A DNA stretch of 64,000 nucleotides from Actinomycetota bacterium. Lineage in GTDB: Bacteria; Actinomycetota; Acidimicrobiia; Acidimicrobiales; CADCTF01. Every line of letters starts with the position of its first letter. Within the stretch, counting starts at the first letter, position 1. The notes beneath the pieces are model-generated. The model saw only the letters and a program-made list of their open reading frames with translations, searched no databases and had not been told where the DNA came from. Of the stretch, positions 54,529-64,000 are shown piece by piece. The stretch is from positions 7,132-71,131 of the forward strand of contig JAHWJU010000002.1 in the NCBI GenBank assembly GCA_019348255.1. The letters run 5' to 3'. The position numbers were made by a program, and so were the translations under genes.

Positions 54529-56049
54529 GTGTACGGAGCGATGCTCGCTGCGGCGCAGGCCGCGACGGATTTCGTGACGCCGAAGCTCGACTACGCCGCC
54601 CTGGCCCCCGAGATGATCCTCACCGGTGTCATCGTCGTCGTCCTGCTGCTCGACCTGTTCCTGGACGAGACGCAGAAGTACGTCATCCCGAGCATTGCCG
54701 GCTTCGGGATCCTGACAGCCGCGTTCCCACTCGTGTTCCTGGCCGTGCAGGGCGACGACGTGCGTTCCATGGTGGGCGGCGCCTACGTCTCCGACGACTT
54801 CGCCCTGGTGTTCAAGGCCCTCTTCCTCGGGACCGGCTACGTCGTGCTCCTCATGTCGAACCGGTACATCGACGAGGGTGACTATTACAAGGGCGAGTAC
54901 TACGTGATGCTGCTGTCGTCGCTGCTCGGGATGGTGGTCATGTCCTCCTCGCGCGACCTCATCTCGATCTTCGTGGCACTGGAGCTGCTGTCGATCCCGG
55001 CCTACCTGCTGGCCGGCTGGCGCAAGCGTGACCTCAAGAGCAACGAGGCCTCGCTCAAGTACTACCTGCTCGGCGTGCTGTCCAGCGGGGTGATGCTCTA
55101 CGGCATGTCGCTGATCTTCGGTGCCGCCGGTACCACCGTGCTGGAGGACATCAGCGCCCAGCTCGTATCGGTGCCCCAGCTCGACAAGGTGATTGCGATC
55201 GGCATCTTCTTCGTGGTCGTCGGCTTCGCCTTCAAGGTCTCCGCTGTTCCCTTCCACTTCTGGGCTCCCGACACCTACGAGGGGGCCCCCACCCCGGTGA
55301 CCGCCTTCCTGTCGGTGGCCTCCAAGGCCGCCGGCTTCGTCGCACTGCTGCAGTTGGTGTTCATCGCCTTCCTCTCCCAGGGCGACACGTGGGCACCGCT
55401 TTTCTGGGTGCTGGCCGCGCTCACGATGACCGTGGGAAACCTCGTCGCACTGCGCCAGACCAACATCGTGCGGATGCTCGCCTACTCGTCGGTCGCGCAG
55501 GCTGGCTACATCCTCGTGCCGTTCGCGGTGGCGGGTGACGAGCTGCGAGCGGTGCAGTCGGCCCAGACTGCGGCGATCGTCTATCTGCTCATCTACTCGG
55601 CCATGAACCTGGGGGCCTTCGCGATCGTCCTGGCCGTCGCCCGCAAGACCCGCTCCGGGGAGATATCGAGCTTCGGCGGGCTCTTCCAGTACGCGCCAGG
55701 CCTGACGGTGGTCATGACCGTCTTCCTGGCATCCCTGGCCGGGGTGCCGCCCGCCGGAGGATGGTTCGCCAAGTTCGCCGTCTTCCGCTCCGTACTCGAT
55801 GCCGGCACCGGCTGGGCCGTCGCCCTGGGCGTCATCGCCGCCGTCAACTCCGTGGTGGCCGCCTTCTACTACTTCAACGTGGCCCGCGAGATGTGGATCA
55901 ACCCCGTCCCCGACGAGGACCGCACCCCCATCCGGGTGCCGGCCGCGCTGACCACCGCCCTCGGCCTCACCGTCGCCGTCGTACTGGTGATCGGAGTCTT
56001 CCCGGGCCTCTTCGCCGACCTGGGCAACGCGGCATCGCTTGGGCGATGA
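54529..56049 (+). CDS. nuoN2: NADH-quinone oxidoreductase subunit N, second copy
   Basis: FVALELLSIPAYLL and FKVSAVPFHFWAPDTYEGAPTPVTAFLS. Confidence 0.9.
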   Translation: MYGAMLAAAQAATDFVTPKLDYAALAPEMILTGVIVVVLLLDLFLDETQKYVIPSIAGFGILTAAFPLVFLAVQGDDVRSMVGGAYVSDDFALVFKALFLGTGYVVLLMSNRYIDEGDYYKGEYYVMLLSSLLGMVVMSSSRDLISIFVALELLSIPAYLLAGWRKRDLKSNEASLKYYLLGVLSSGVMLYGMSLIFGAAGTTVLEDISAQLVSVPQLDKVIAIGIFFVVVGFAFKVSAVPFHFWAPDTYEGAPTPVTAFLSVASKAAGFVALLQLVFIAFLSQGDTWAPLFWVLAALTMTVGNLVALRQTNIVRMLAYSSVAQAGYILVPFAVAGDELRAVQSAQTAAIVYLLIYSAMNLGAFAIVLAVARKTRSGEISSFGGLFQYAPGLTVVMTVFLASLAGVPPAGGWFAKFAVFRSVLDAGTGWAVALGVIAAVNSVVAAFYYFNVAREMWINPVPDEDRTPIRVPAALTTALGLTVAVVLVIGVFPGLFADLGNAASLGR

Positions 56050-56197
56050 TCGCCTTCGCAACCGTAGGTTGCTCGGCGAGCTCGTTGTGCCGGCCTTCGG
56101 CCGGCGCTGTCTCTGGCTCAGCCGACCGGCGGAGCCGGATCGGCTGAGGAGCCTGGCGGACGGAGGGGCCGGATCGGCTGAGGGGTAAAGCATCGCC
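56050..56197 (+). repeat. Structured intercistronic repeat, copy C (nuoN2-midA junction) with duplicated 3' arm
   Basis: Core hairpins at 56089-56105 and 56117-56148. The 3'-arm sequence CCGGATCGGCTGAGG recurs at 56135-56149 and 56169-56183. A 33-codon ORF (56046-56147) starts with an ATGA overlap on the nuoN2 stop. Confidence 0.75.
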
Positions 56198-57349
56198 GTG
56201 GGGGCTATGGGTGCCATGGGGGTGGTGCAGGGGCGGGTTCGGCGGTTGGGGCCGATCTCATTCGAGGACTACCTCGACATCGCCCTCTACGAGCCCGAAG
56301 CAGGCTTCTACAGCACGGGCGGCGGCGCCGGCCGCCACGGCGATTTCCTGACCAGCCCAGAGCTGGGGCCGCTTTTCGGGGCGGTGATCGGTCGGGCGCT
56401 CGATGCCTGGTGGTCGGAGCTCGGAGAGCCCGATCCGTTCGTCGTCGTGGAGGCGGCCGCCGGCGAGGGCAGTCTCGCCGCAGCCGTGCTGGCCGCCGCG
56501 CCTCGCTGCGCCCCGGCTCTGCGCTACCTGCTCGTGGAGCGCTCGGAACGCATGCGCCAGCGCCAACCGGCCCGGGTTGCGCTCGAGCCCAGCTCGGTGG
56601 TGCTGGGCCCGCGGGGGGACGAGGGCGAGGACGACGAGGACTCCTCGACAGCGGCCGGCGACGGACCACGGCTGGCCTCGCTGGACGATCTGCCTGCCGC
56701 TCCCTTCAGCGGCGTCGTGCTGGCCAACGAGTTGCTCGACAACCTTCCCTTCACCCTGCTCGAGCGCAGCACCGGCGGCTGGGACGAGGTGCGGGTCGGG
56801 GAATCGACCGGAAGCGGAGGCCTCGTCGAGTTCCTGGCGCCGGCGCCTACGACGCTGGCTTCTCTGGCGGCAGAACTGGCCCCCGACGCCGATCCCGGCG
56901 TCCGCATCCCCGTGCAGCGACGGGCGGCGGAGTGGCTGCGGAAGGTACTGAGGCTGCTTCGGGGGGGCCGGGTGGTGGTCGTCGACTACGTCGCCACCAC
57001 GGCCGAGCTCGCCAGCCGACCGCAGGGGGAGTGGCTTAGGACGTACCGCAGCGGCGGACCCGGGGGGCATCCCCTGGACACCCCTGGGGCCCAGGACATC
57101 ACCTGCGAGGTCTGTGTCGACCAACTGTCGCGGGTGCGGGTGCCGACCTCCAACCGGCCGCAGGCGGAGTTCCTAGTGGCGCATGGGCTGGCGCAGTTGG
57201 TCGACGAGGCGAAGGATGCGTGGCTGCGGGGGGCTGCTGGCGGCGGGCTCGAGGCGCTGCGGGCCAGGAGCCGGATCGACGAAGCCGCCGCCCTCACCGA
57301 TCCCTCCGGGCTCGGTGCCTTCCGGGTGCTGGAGTGGGTGACCGGCTGA
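56198..57349 (+). CDS. MidA/NDUFAF7-family class I SAM-dependent methyltransferase (DUF185 type)
   Basis: ISFEDYLDIALYEPEAGFYS...GRHGDFLTSPELGPLFGAVIG closely parallels the family N-terminal block (GDF.TSPE....FGE..G). It is followed by VVEAAAGEGSLA (SAM motif I) and VLANELLDNLPF. The start could also be ATG 56207 or 56216. Confidence 0.8.
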   Translation: MGAMGAMGVVQGRVRRLGPISFEDYLDIALYEPEAGFYSTGGGAGRHGDFLTSPELGPLFGAVIGRALDAWWSELGEPDPFVVVEAAAGEGSLAAAVLAAAPRCAPALRYLLVERSERMRQRQPARVALEPSSVVLGPRGDEGEDDEDSSTAAGDGPRLASLDDLPAAPFSGVVLANELLDNLPFTLLERSTGGWDEVRVGESTGSGGLVEFLAPAPTTLASLAAELAPDADPGVRIPVQRRAAEWLRKVLRLLRGGRVVVVDYVATTAELASRPQGEWLRTYRSGGPGGHPLDTPGAQDITCEVCVDQLSRVRVPTSNRPQAEFLVAHGLAQLVDEAKDAWLRGAAGGGLEALRARSRIDEAAALTDPSGLGAFRVLEWVTG

Positions 57350-57376
57350 GCTCGGTCGAGCCGCTACCCTGCCCGC

Positions 57377-58816
57377 GTGCGTCGACGCCTCCCCCTGCTG
57401 CTGGCCCTCGTATTGACGCTGCCTTCGGCGCTCATTGCCACCGTCGCCACCCCCGCGGGCGCGGCCGGCGACGAAACCGTCATGGCCTTCGGTGACGCCG
57501 CATTTGCCGGCTCCACCACCGGTCTGGCGCTTTCCTCGCCGCTGGTGGCGATGGCCGCCAAGCCCACCGGCACCGGGTACTGGCTGGTGGGGCGCGACGG
57601 GGGCATCTTCGCCTTCGGCGACGCCCCCTATGTCGGCTCCACCGGGGACATCCGTCTCAACCAGCCGATCGTGGGCATGACGGCAACCCGTTCCGGCAAC
57701 GGTTACTGGATGGCCGCCGCCGACGGCGGCATCTTCGCCTTCGGCGACGCCCGCTTCCTCGGCAGCATGGGCGGTGTCCGCCTCGCTCGGCCGGTCGTGG
57801 CGATGGCGGCCACCGCCTCCGGCAACGGTTACTGGATGGTGGCCGCCGACGGCGGCATGTTCGCCTTCGGCGACGCCGGGTTCCACGGGTCTGCCGCCGG
57901 TCAGCGTCTGGGCAAGCCCGTCGTGGCCATGGCGTCGACTCCCGACGGTGGCGGGTACTGGCTGGTGGGCGGCGACGGCGCCGTCTACTCGTTCGGCAAC
58001 GCACCCCACCTCGGCAACGCACCCGGCAACGTCGAGGTCGCCGGCATCGCCGCATCCCCATCGGGCAACGGCTACTGGCTGCTAGACCGCGCCGGCGGTG
58101 TCTTCACCTTCGGTGACGCCGTCTTCGCCGGTTCCGGCTCAGGAGCGGTCGCACCCGGCAAGGTCGCCCTCGCCCTGGTGCCGTCGCGCTCGGGCAACGG
58201 GTACTGGATCACGACCGGTGAGATCCCCTTGGTGGCGGGGGCCACCGGCTCGGCGGTGACCCGCCTGCAGAGCCGGCTCCACGAGCTCGGCTACTGGGTG
58301 CCGGTCGACGGCCGGTTCACGGCCACCACCACCCAGGCCCTCTATGCCCTCCAGAAGGCGGCCGGCATCTCCCGCACCGGCCAGTTCGACGCCGCCACGG
58401 CGCGAGCCCTGGACGAGCGGGTGCTGCCCACACCCCGCACCACCAGCGGCTACGTGGCCGAGATCGACAAGAGCCGCCAGCTGCTGATGCTCGTGAGCAA
58501 CGGACGCATCGTCCGCGTCTTCAACACCTCCACCGGCAACGGCGCCCGCTACCGCTCAGGCTCCGGAACCGCCATCGCCTACACCCCTGAGGGATCGTTC
58601 TCGGTGGTGCGCCAGATCAACGGGCTACGGATCTCGGAGCTGGGGCAGCTCTTCCGGCCCAAGTACTTCACCGGCGGCTACGCCATCCACGGCTCACCCA
58701 GCATCCCGCCCTATCCGGCCTCCCACGGCTGTGTTCGCGTCTCGAACTCCGCCATCAACTTCCTCTGGGACAGCGGCGAGCTGCCCATCGGGACGCCGGT
58801 GCTCGTCTACTCCTGA
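57377..58816 (+). CDS. Secreted L,D-transpeptidase (YkuD) with PG-binding domain and N-terminal six-repeat propeller-like domain
   Basis: Signal peptide; six ~40-aa repeats; PG_binding_1-like GSAVTRLQSRLHELGYWVPVDGRFTATTTQALYALQKAAGISRTGQ; YkuD catalytic motif YAIHGSPSIPPYPASHGCVRV. Confidence 0.85.
   Translation: MRRRLPLLLALVLTLPSALIATVATPAGAAGDETVMAFGDAAFAGSTTGLALSSPLVAMAAKPTGTGYWLVGRDGGIFAFGDAPYVGSTGDIRLNQPIVGMTATRSGNGYWMAAADGGIFAFGDARFLGSMGGVRLARPVVAMAATASGNGYWMVAADGGMFAFGDAGFHGSAAGQRLGKPVVAMASTPDGGGYWLVGGDGAVYSFGNAPHLGNAPGNVEVAGIAASPSGNGYWLLDRAGGVFTFGDAVFAGSGSGAVAPGKVALALVPSRSGNGYWITTGEIPLVAGATGSAVTRLQSRLHELGYWVPVDGRFTATTTQALYALQKAAGISRTGQFDAATARALDERVLPTPRTTSGYVAEIDKSRQLLMLVSNGRIVRVFNTSTGNGARYRSGSGTAIAYTPEGSFSVVRQINGLRISELGQLFRPKYFTGGYAIHGSPSIPPYPASHGCVRVSNSAINFLWDSGELPIGTPVLVYS
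57479..58216 (+). repeat. Six tandem ~40-42-aa coding repeats (consensus ..F.FGDA.F.GS.....L..P.V.MA.T.SGNGYW.V..DGG)
   Basis: Visible in the translation. Repeats 2 and 3 also share near-identical DNA strings 126 bp apart (GGCATCTTCGCCTTCGGCGACGCCC at about 57602 and 57728; TCCGGCAACGGTTACTGGATGG at about 57693 and 57819). Confidence 0.8.
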
Positions 58817-58867
58817 CGCCCAGGAGCCGTCGCTAGGCTCGCTGCCGTACCGACCGGAGGGGGACCG

Positions 58868-60820
<1,953 letters not shown>

Positions 60821-60870
60821 TCGGCGCCGGCGGGGCGGGCCCCCCCAACTGGTGGTGGCACGTCCGGCCG

Positions 60871-61326
60871 GTGGAGCCGGGAGCCGCTGTCGTCTTCGAC
60901 ATCGACGGGGTGCTGTCGGACGCGGCGGGCCGGCAGCACTTCCTCGAAGGAGGCGGCGGAAAGAAGGACTGGGACCGGTTCTTCGAAGCCTGCGGCGACG
61001 ACCCTCTCATCGAGGAGGTGGGACGGCTCCTCAGCCTGCTCGACCCGAGGCTTCATGTGCTCCTCCTCACCGGCCGGCCTTTGCGGGTCCAGCCTCAGAC
61101 GCTGGCGTGGCTCGAGCGCTACCGGCTGCGCTGGGACCTGTTGGTGATGCGCGACTTCGGCGACTACTCCGCCGCGACGGAGTTCAAGCGGGGGACGGTC
61201 GAGGACTTGCGCAAGCTCGGCTTCGAGTTGGAACTGGCCTTCGAGGACGACCCCCGCAACCTGCAGATGTTCCGGGCAGAGGGCATCCCTTGCGTCTACA
61301 TCCACTCTGGTTACTTCGACGGTTGA
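60871..61326 (+). CDS. HAD-superfamily phosphatase-like protein
   Basis: VVFDIDGVLSD (HAD motif I), LLLTGRP (motif II region) and FEDDPRN (motif IV-like); 151 aa; GTG start. Confidence 0.6.
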   Translation: MEPGAAVVFDIDGVLSDAAGRQHFLEGGGGKKDWDRFFEACGDDPLIEEVGRLLSLLDPRLHVLLLTGRPLRVQPQTLAWLERYRLRWDLLVMRDFGDYSAATEFKRGTVEDLRKLGFELELAFEDDPRNLQMFRAEGIPCVYIHSGYFDG

Positions 61327-61386
61327 GACGTCGTACACTCTGAGGAGTTGCGGGATCAGTTGCACGTGCAAGGCGGAGGCGGCGGA

Positions 61387-62616
61387 ATGCGGAGATGGTC
61401 GACGGTACTCGCGGTGGTGGCACTGCTCGGCTCCGCCTGCGGGGGAGGAGGTTCCGGCGCCGGTGACAGTGGCGAGACCCGCAAGGTCCTCGTCGACTAC
61501 AAGCACGACGAGTTCTCGGCGTCGTTCCTGGCCTACTTCCCCAGCGACGTGAAGGTGCACCCGGGCGACACGGTCGAGTTCAAGCAGTTCTGGACCGGCG
61601 AGCCCCACACCGTGACCATGGGGACGATGGTCGACGGGATCCTGGGCGAGCGGATATGGGGCCTGATAGACGACCTGCGTACGGGAAAGCTCAAGGAGAT
61701 CCCCGACGAGGAGCCGCCGGAGTTCGAGCAGTTCTTGGAGAAGCTCCCCTTCATGGCCGAGGAGGAGACGCTGAAGCCGATCCAGGCCGCGGCCCAGCCC
61801 TGCTACCTAGACACCGGCGAGCCCGACTTCTCCGATCCCGACAAGCCGTGCCCGAAGCGGGAGCAGCCCGCCTTCAACGGACGCCAGAGCTACTACAACA
61901 GTGGCTTCATTCCCTACGAGGGCGAGCGGGGCAACACGTTCAAGCTCCCGATAGCCAAGGACGCCACGCCCGGGACCTATCACTACTACTGCAACTGGCA
62001 CTTCATCGCCATGAGCGGCAGCGTCACCATCGTCCCCGAAACCGAACCGATCCCCTCGCAGAGCGAGGTGGCGAAGCAGGGCCTGCAGGAAGCGCGTCGG
62101 TACACCGGCACCATGGCCAAGGCCCTCTCTGCCGTCCGCGCCGGGAAGAAGGTACCGCTGCCCGCGGCCGGCGCCGGCCTACCTGAAGACGACAAGGAGG
62201 CACCGTTGATCGAGGCCTCCATCAACGAGTTCGTCCCGTCGACCATCAACGCCGAGGTGGGCGAGAAGGTGACCTGGACCTTCGACGGAGGCCACAGCGT
62301 CGCCTTCAACGTCCCCAAGTACTTCCCGGTGTTCGACGTGAAGGATGACGGCACGGTCACGTTGGACAAACGCGGTTTCGAAGCGGTGAGGTTCCCGGCG
62401 CCCCCAGAAGACAAAGGGGGAGAGGGCGACGACGGGCCGCCGACGCCGGTTGAAGTCGACGGCGGCAAGTTCGACGGCTCCCGCCGGGGGCTGCACTCCT
62501 CGGGCATGGATTTCAACGACGGGGACAAGTTCTCCCTTGCCTTCACCAAGCCCGGCACCTACCCGTTCGCCTGCCTCATCCATCCCGCCATGGTCGGCAA
62601 GGTGGTCGTGAAATAG
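61387..62616 (+). CDS. Secreted (lipobox-like GSAC) protein with two cupredoxin-type blue-copper domains
   Basis: Two type-1 copper ligand sets: EPHTV...YYCNWHFIAMSG and GGHSV...FACLIHPAMVG (H...C-x2-H-x2/3-M). ATG 61387 precedes the signal peptide MRRWSTVLAVVALLGSAC. Confidence 0.75.
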   Translation: MRRWSTVLAVVALLGSACGGGGSGAGDSGETRKVLVDYKHDEFSASFLAYFPSDVKVHPGDTVEFKQFWTGEPHTVTMGTMVDGILGERIWGLIDDLRTGKLKEIPDEEPPEFEQFLEKLPFMAEEETLKPIQAAAQPCYLDTGEPDFSDPDKPCPKREQPAFNGRQSYYNSGFIPYEGERGNTFKLPIAKDATPGTYHYYCNWHFIAMSGSVTIVPETEPIPSQSEVAKQGLQEARRYTGTMAKALSAVRAGKKVPLPAAGAGLPEDDKEAPLIEASINEFVPSTINAEVGEKVTWTFDGGHSVAFNVPKYFPVFDVKDDGTVTLDKRGFEAVRFPAPPEDKGGEGDDGPPTPVEVDGGKFDGSRRGLHSSGMDFNDGDKFSLAFTKPGTYPFACLIHPAMVGKVVVK

Positions 62617-62705
62617 CCGGCACCACGATCCCGCGTCCGCCGGCCACTTCCGAGCGGCACCTCGAAGACGGTTCGGGGACATCCGGGACCACCGATCAGG
62701 GCGCC

Positions 62706-64000
62706 GTGGCGCCCGCCCGGCACGCCTCACGCCGGCTGGGGAACCTCGCCTTCCTGACGTTCTTCGCCGGTTACTCCGCATTCGCCCTGGGAGTGCTGGC
62801 TCTGGGTGCCGCCGCTGTGGTCGCGGCTCGTTTTCCCGAATTCGACGACCAGTTGGAGGACTGGGCGCTCCAAGAGTCGCTGTGGGGCCGGCTGGCCGGG
62901 AGGGTGGCTGACACGGCGCCGCGCCACGTGGAGCCAGTGGGGGACCTGGTCATCGATTACGGCTTCGGGCTGTTCAACCTCAGCCTCGCCTTCTTCCTCG
63001 TTTTCCTGCGGCGCCACGAGCGCACCGCCCGCCTGCTGGCCGTGGCCATGGTGGGGACGGCGGGCGTCTTCAACCTTCAGGCCCACGCCGTCTATGAGAT
63101 CGTGTCAGCCGACGCGCTCGAGGCCTTCACCCACGACGCGTTCCACGTCGTCGCCGCGGTTGCATACCTGCTGGCCCTGCTCCTGTTCCCGGATGGTCGA
63201 CCGGTGCCCCGGTGGCGGCCGGTGCAGCTCACCTTGCTGTACGTGGCAGCCGTAGCCGCGGTGACGCCGCTCGCCTTCCTGGTGGGTGACGGCAGCCGGA
63301 CGGTCGGTCTCATCGTCGTGTTCGGGGTGTTGACCCCGCTGGTGGGGGTAGCCGGACAGGCTTACCGGTACCGCCGGTCGCCCACCCCGATCGAGCGTCA
63401 GCAGGCCCGTCTGCTGTTCTGGGCGCTGTCGCCGGCGCTCCTCGTCGGCGTCTTCGCTCTCCTCGTCGCGGCGGCCAACTCCGGAGCGCCGGTGTTCGAG
63501 GGTCGCAACGTCGACCCGCTCCCCAGGCCGATCTTCCGGTTGTTCCAGCCGGTGTTCAGCATCATTCCCATCGCGTTGTTCATCGGGATCCTGCGCTACC
63601 GGCTGTGGGACATCGACAAGGTCATAAGCCGGACCGTGGTCTACTCCGTGCTGGCCGGCTTCGTCTCTGCCGTCTACGTGGGCGTCGTCGTGGGCATCGG
63701 GTCGCTGTTCGGGCAAGCCCAGACGGGGAACCTGGCGCTCTCGATCGTGGCCACCGGCATCGTCGCGGTCGCCTTCCAGCCGGTCAAGGAGCGGGTGCAG
63801 CGCTTCGCCAACCGCCTCGTCTACGGCCAACGGGCCACGCCCTATGAGGTCTTGTCGGAGTTCTCCGAGCGTGTGGCGGAGACGCCGGCCACGGACGAGC
63901 TCGTGGCCCGCATGGCCCGCATACTCGCCGAGGGTACGGGCGCGCAGCGGGCCGATGTCTGGCTCAGGGTGGGGAGCGAACTACGGCCGGCGGCGTGCTG
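62706..64000 (+). CDS. Polytopic membrane protein, probable N-terminal part of a sensor histidine kinase; 3' end outside the window
   Basis: The frame stays open from GTG 62706 to the window end, which is probably why it is not in the ORF track. It has about 7-8 TM segments. The sequence RYRLWDIDKVISRTVVYS...FQPVKERVQRFANRLVYGQRATPYEVLSEFSERV is typical of the linker in actinobacterial sensor kinases. The kinase domain itself is not visible. Confidence 0.5.
   Translation, partial: MAPARHASRRLGNLAFLTFFAGYSAFALGVLALGAAAVVAARFPEFDDQLEDWALQESLWGRLAGRVADTAPRHVEPVGDLVIDYGFGLFNLSLAFFLVFLRRHERTARLLAVAMVGTAGVFNLQAHAVYEIVSADALEAFTHDAFHVVAAVAYLLALLLFPDGRPVPRWRPVQLTLLYVAAVAAVTPLAFLVGDGSRTVGLIVVFGVLTPLVGVAGQAYRYRRSPTPIERQQARLLFWALSPALLVGVFALLVAAANSGAPVFEGRNVDPLPRPIFRLFQPVFSIIPIALFIGILRYRLWDIDKVISRTVVYSVLAGFVSAVYVGVVVGIGSLFGQAQTGNLALSIVATGIVAVAFQPVKERVQRFANRLVYGQRATPYEVLSEFSERVAETPATDELVARMARILAEGTGAQRADVWLRVGSELRPAAC

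Noticed and set aside
45328-56049. The second nuo operon as a recent segmental duplication of the first.
   Set aside because: Paralogous subunits differ strongly in length and sequence (for example NuoB 191 aa versus 168 aa, NuoL 658 aa versus 747 aa) and gene content differs (no EFG). Only the ~75-nt intercistronic core is closely similar.

Overview
High-GC, gene-dense chromosomal segment with an actinobacterial-type gene repertoire: a rex-hem operon, a small excisionase-like HTH next to proC, an MshA-like GT4 fragment and a QcrA-like Rieske protein. I can support about 60 protein-coding genes. I found no rRNA or tRNA genes, no CRISPR array and no transposase or integrase. Order of content: GT4 fragment, M23 peptidase, proC, small HTH protein and a SAM-hydrolase-family protein. 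Next is a minus-strand CAP-CAP-response-regulator operon and a fadD-like ligase. Then come rex with tetrapyrrole genes (sirC-like, hemA, hemC, cobA-hemD fusion, an inserted beta-propeller lipoprotein, hemB, hemL), followed by a geranylgeranyl-reductase-family gene and a monohaem cytochrome c. A ~20.8 kb same-strand block follows, in which a 7-gene Rieske/cytochrome b6-type module (with a 2[4Fe-4S] ferredoxin and uncharacterised membrane subunits) runs with only a 9-nt gap into a complete 14-gene nuoA-N operon. After that are a 4-gene minus-strand operon (NERD protein, internally duplicated methyltransferase, GAF-HATPase, unknown protein) and a second 11-gene nuo operon lacking nuoEFG, followed by a MidA/NDUFAF7-family methyltransferase. 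The window ends with an L,D-transpeptidase carrying six propeller-like repeats, acs, a HAD-like protein, a two-domain cupredoxin and the start of a sensor-kinase-like membrane protein. Signals not explained by ordinary annotation: (1) A three-copy structured intercistronic element sits only inside or behind the nuo operons, directly after nuoD in BOTH paralogous operons and after nuoN2. It has two conserved hairpins whose stems show compensatory changes between copies, and mini-ORFs docked to the flanking genes by ATGA/TGATG overlaps in different frames. (2) The atypical Rieske/b6 + ferredoxin module appears transcriptionally fused to complex I behind a candidate Rex operator. (3) A conserved cytoplasmic N-terminal peptide (MTE[VI]PEHLL[RK]RSK.RR) is shared by two otherwise unrelated respiratory membrane proteins. 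(4) A MidA/NDUFAF7 homologue is linked to the EFG-less nuo operon. All functional calls rest on motif recognition by eye; no database search was run.
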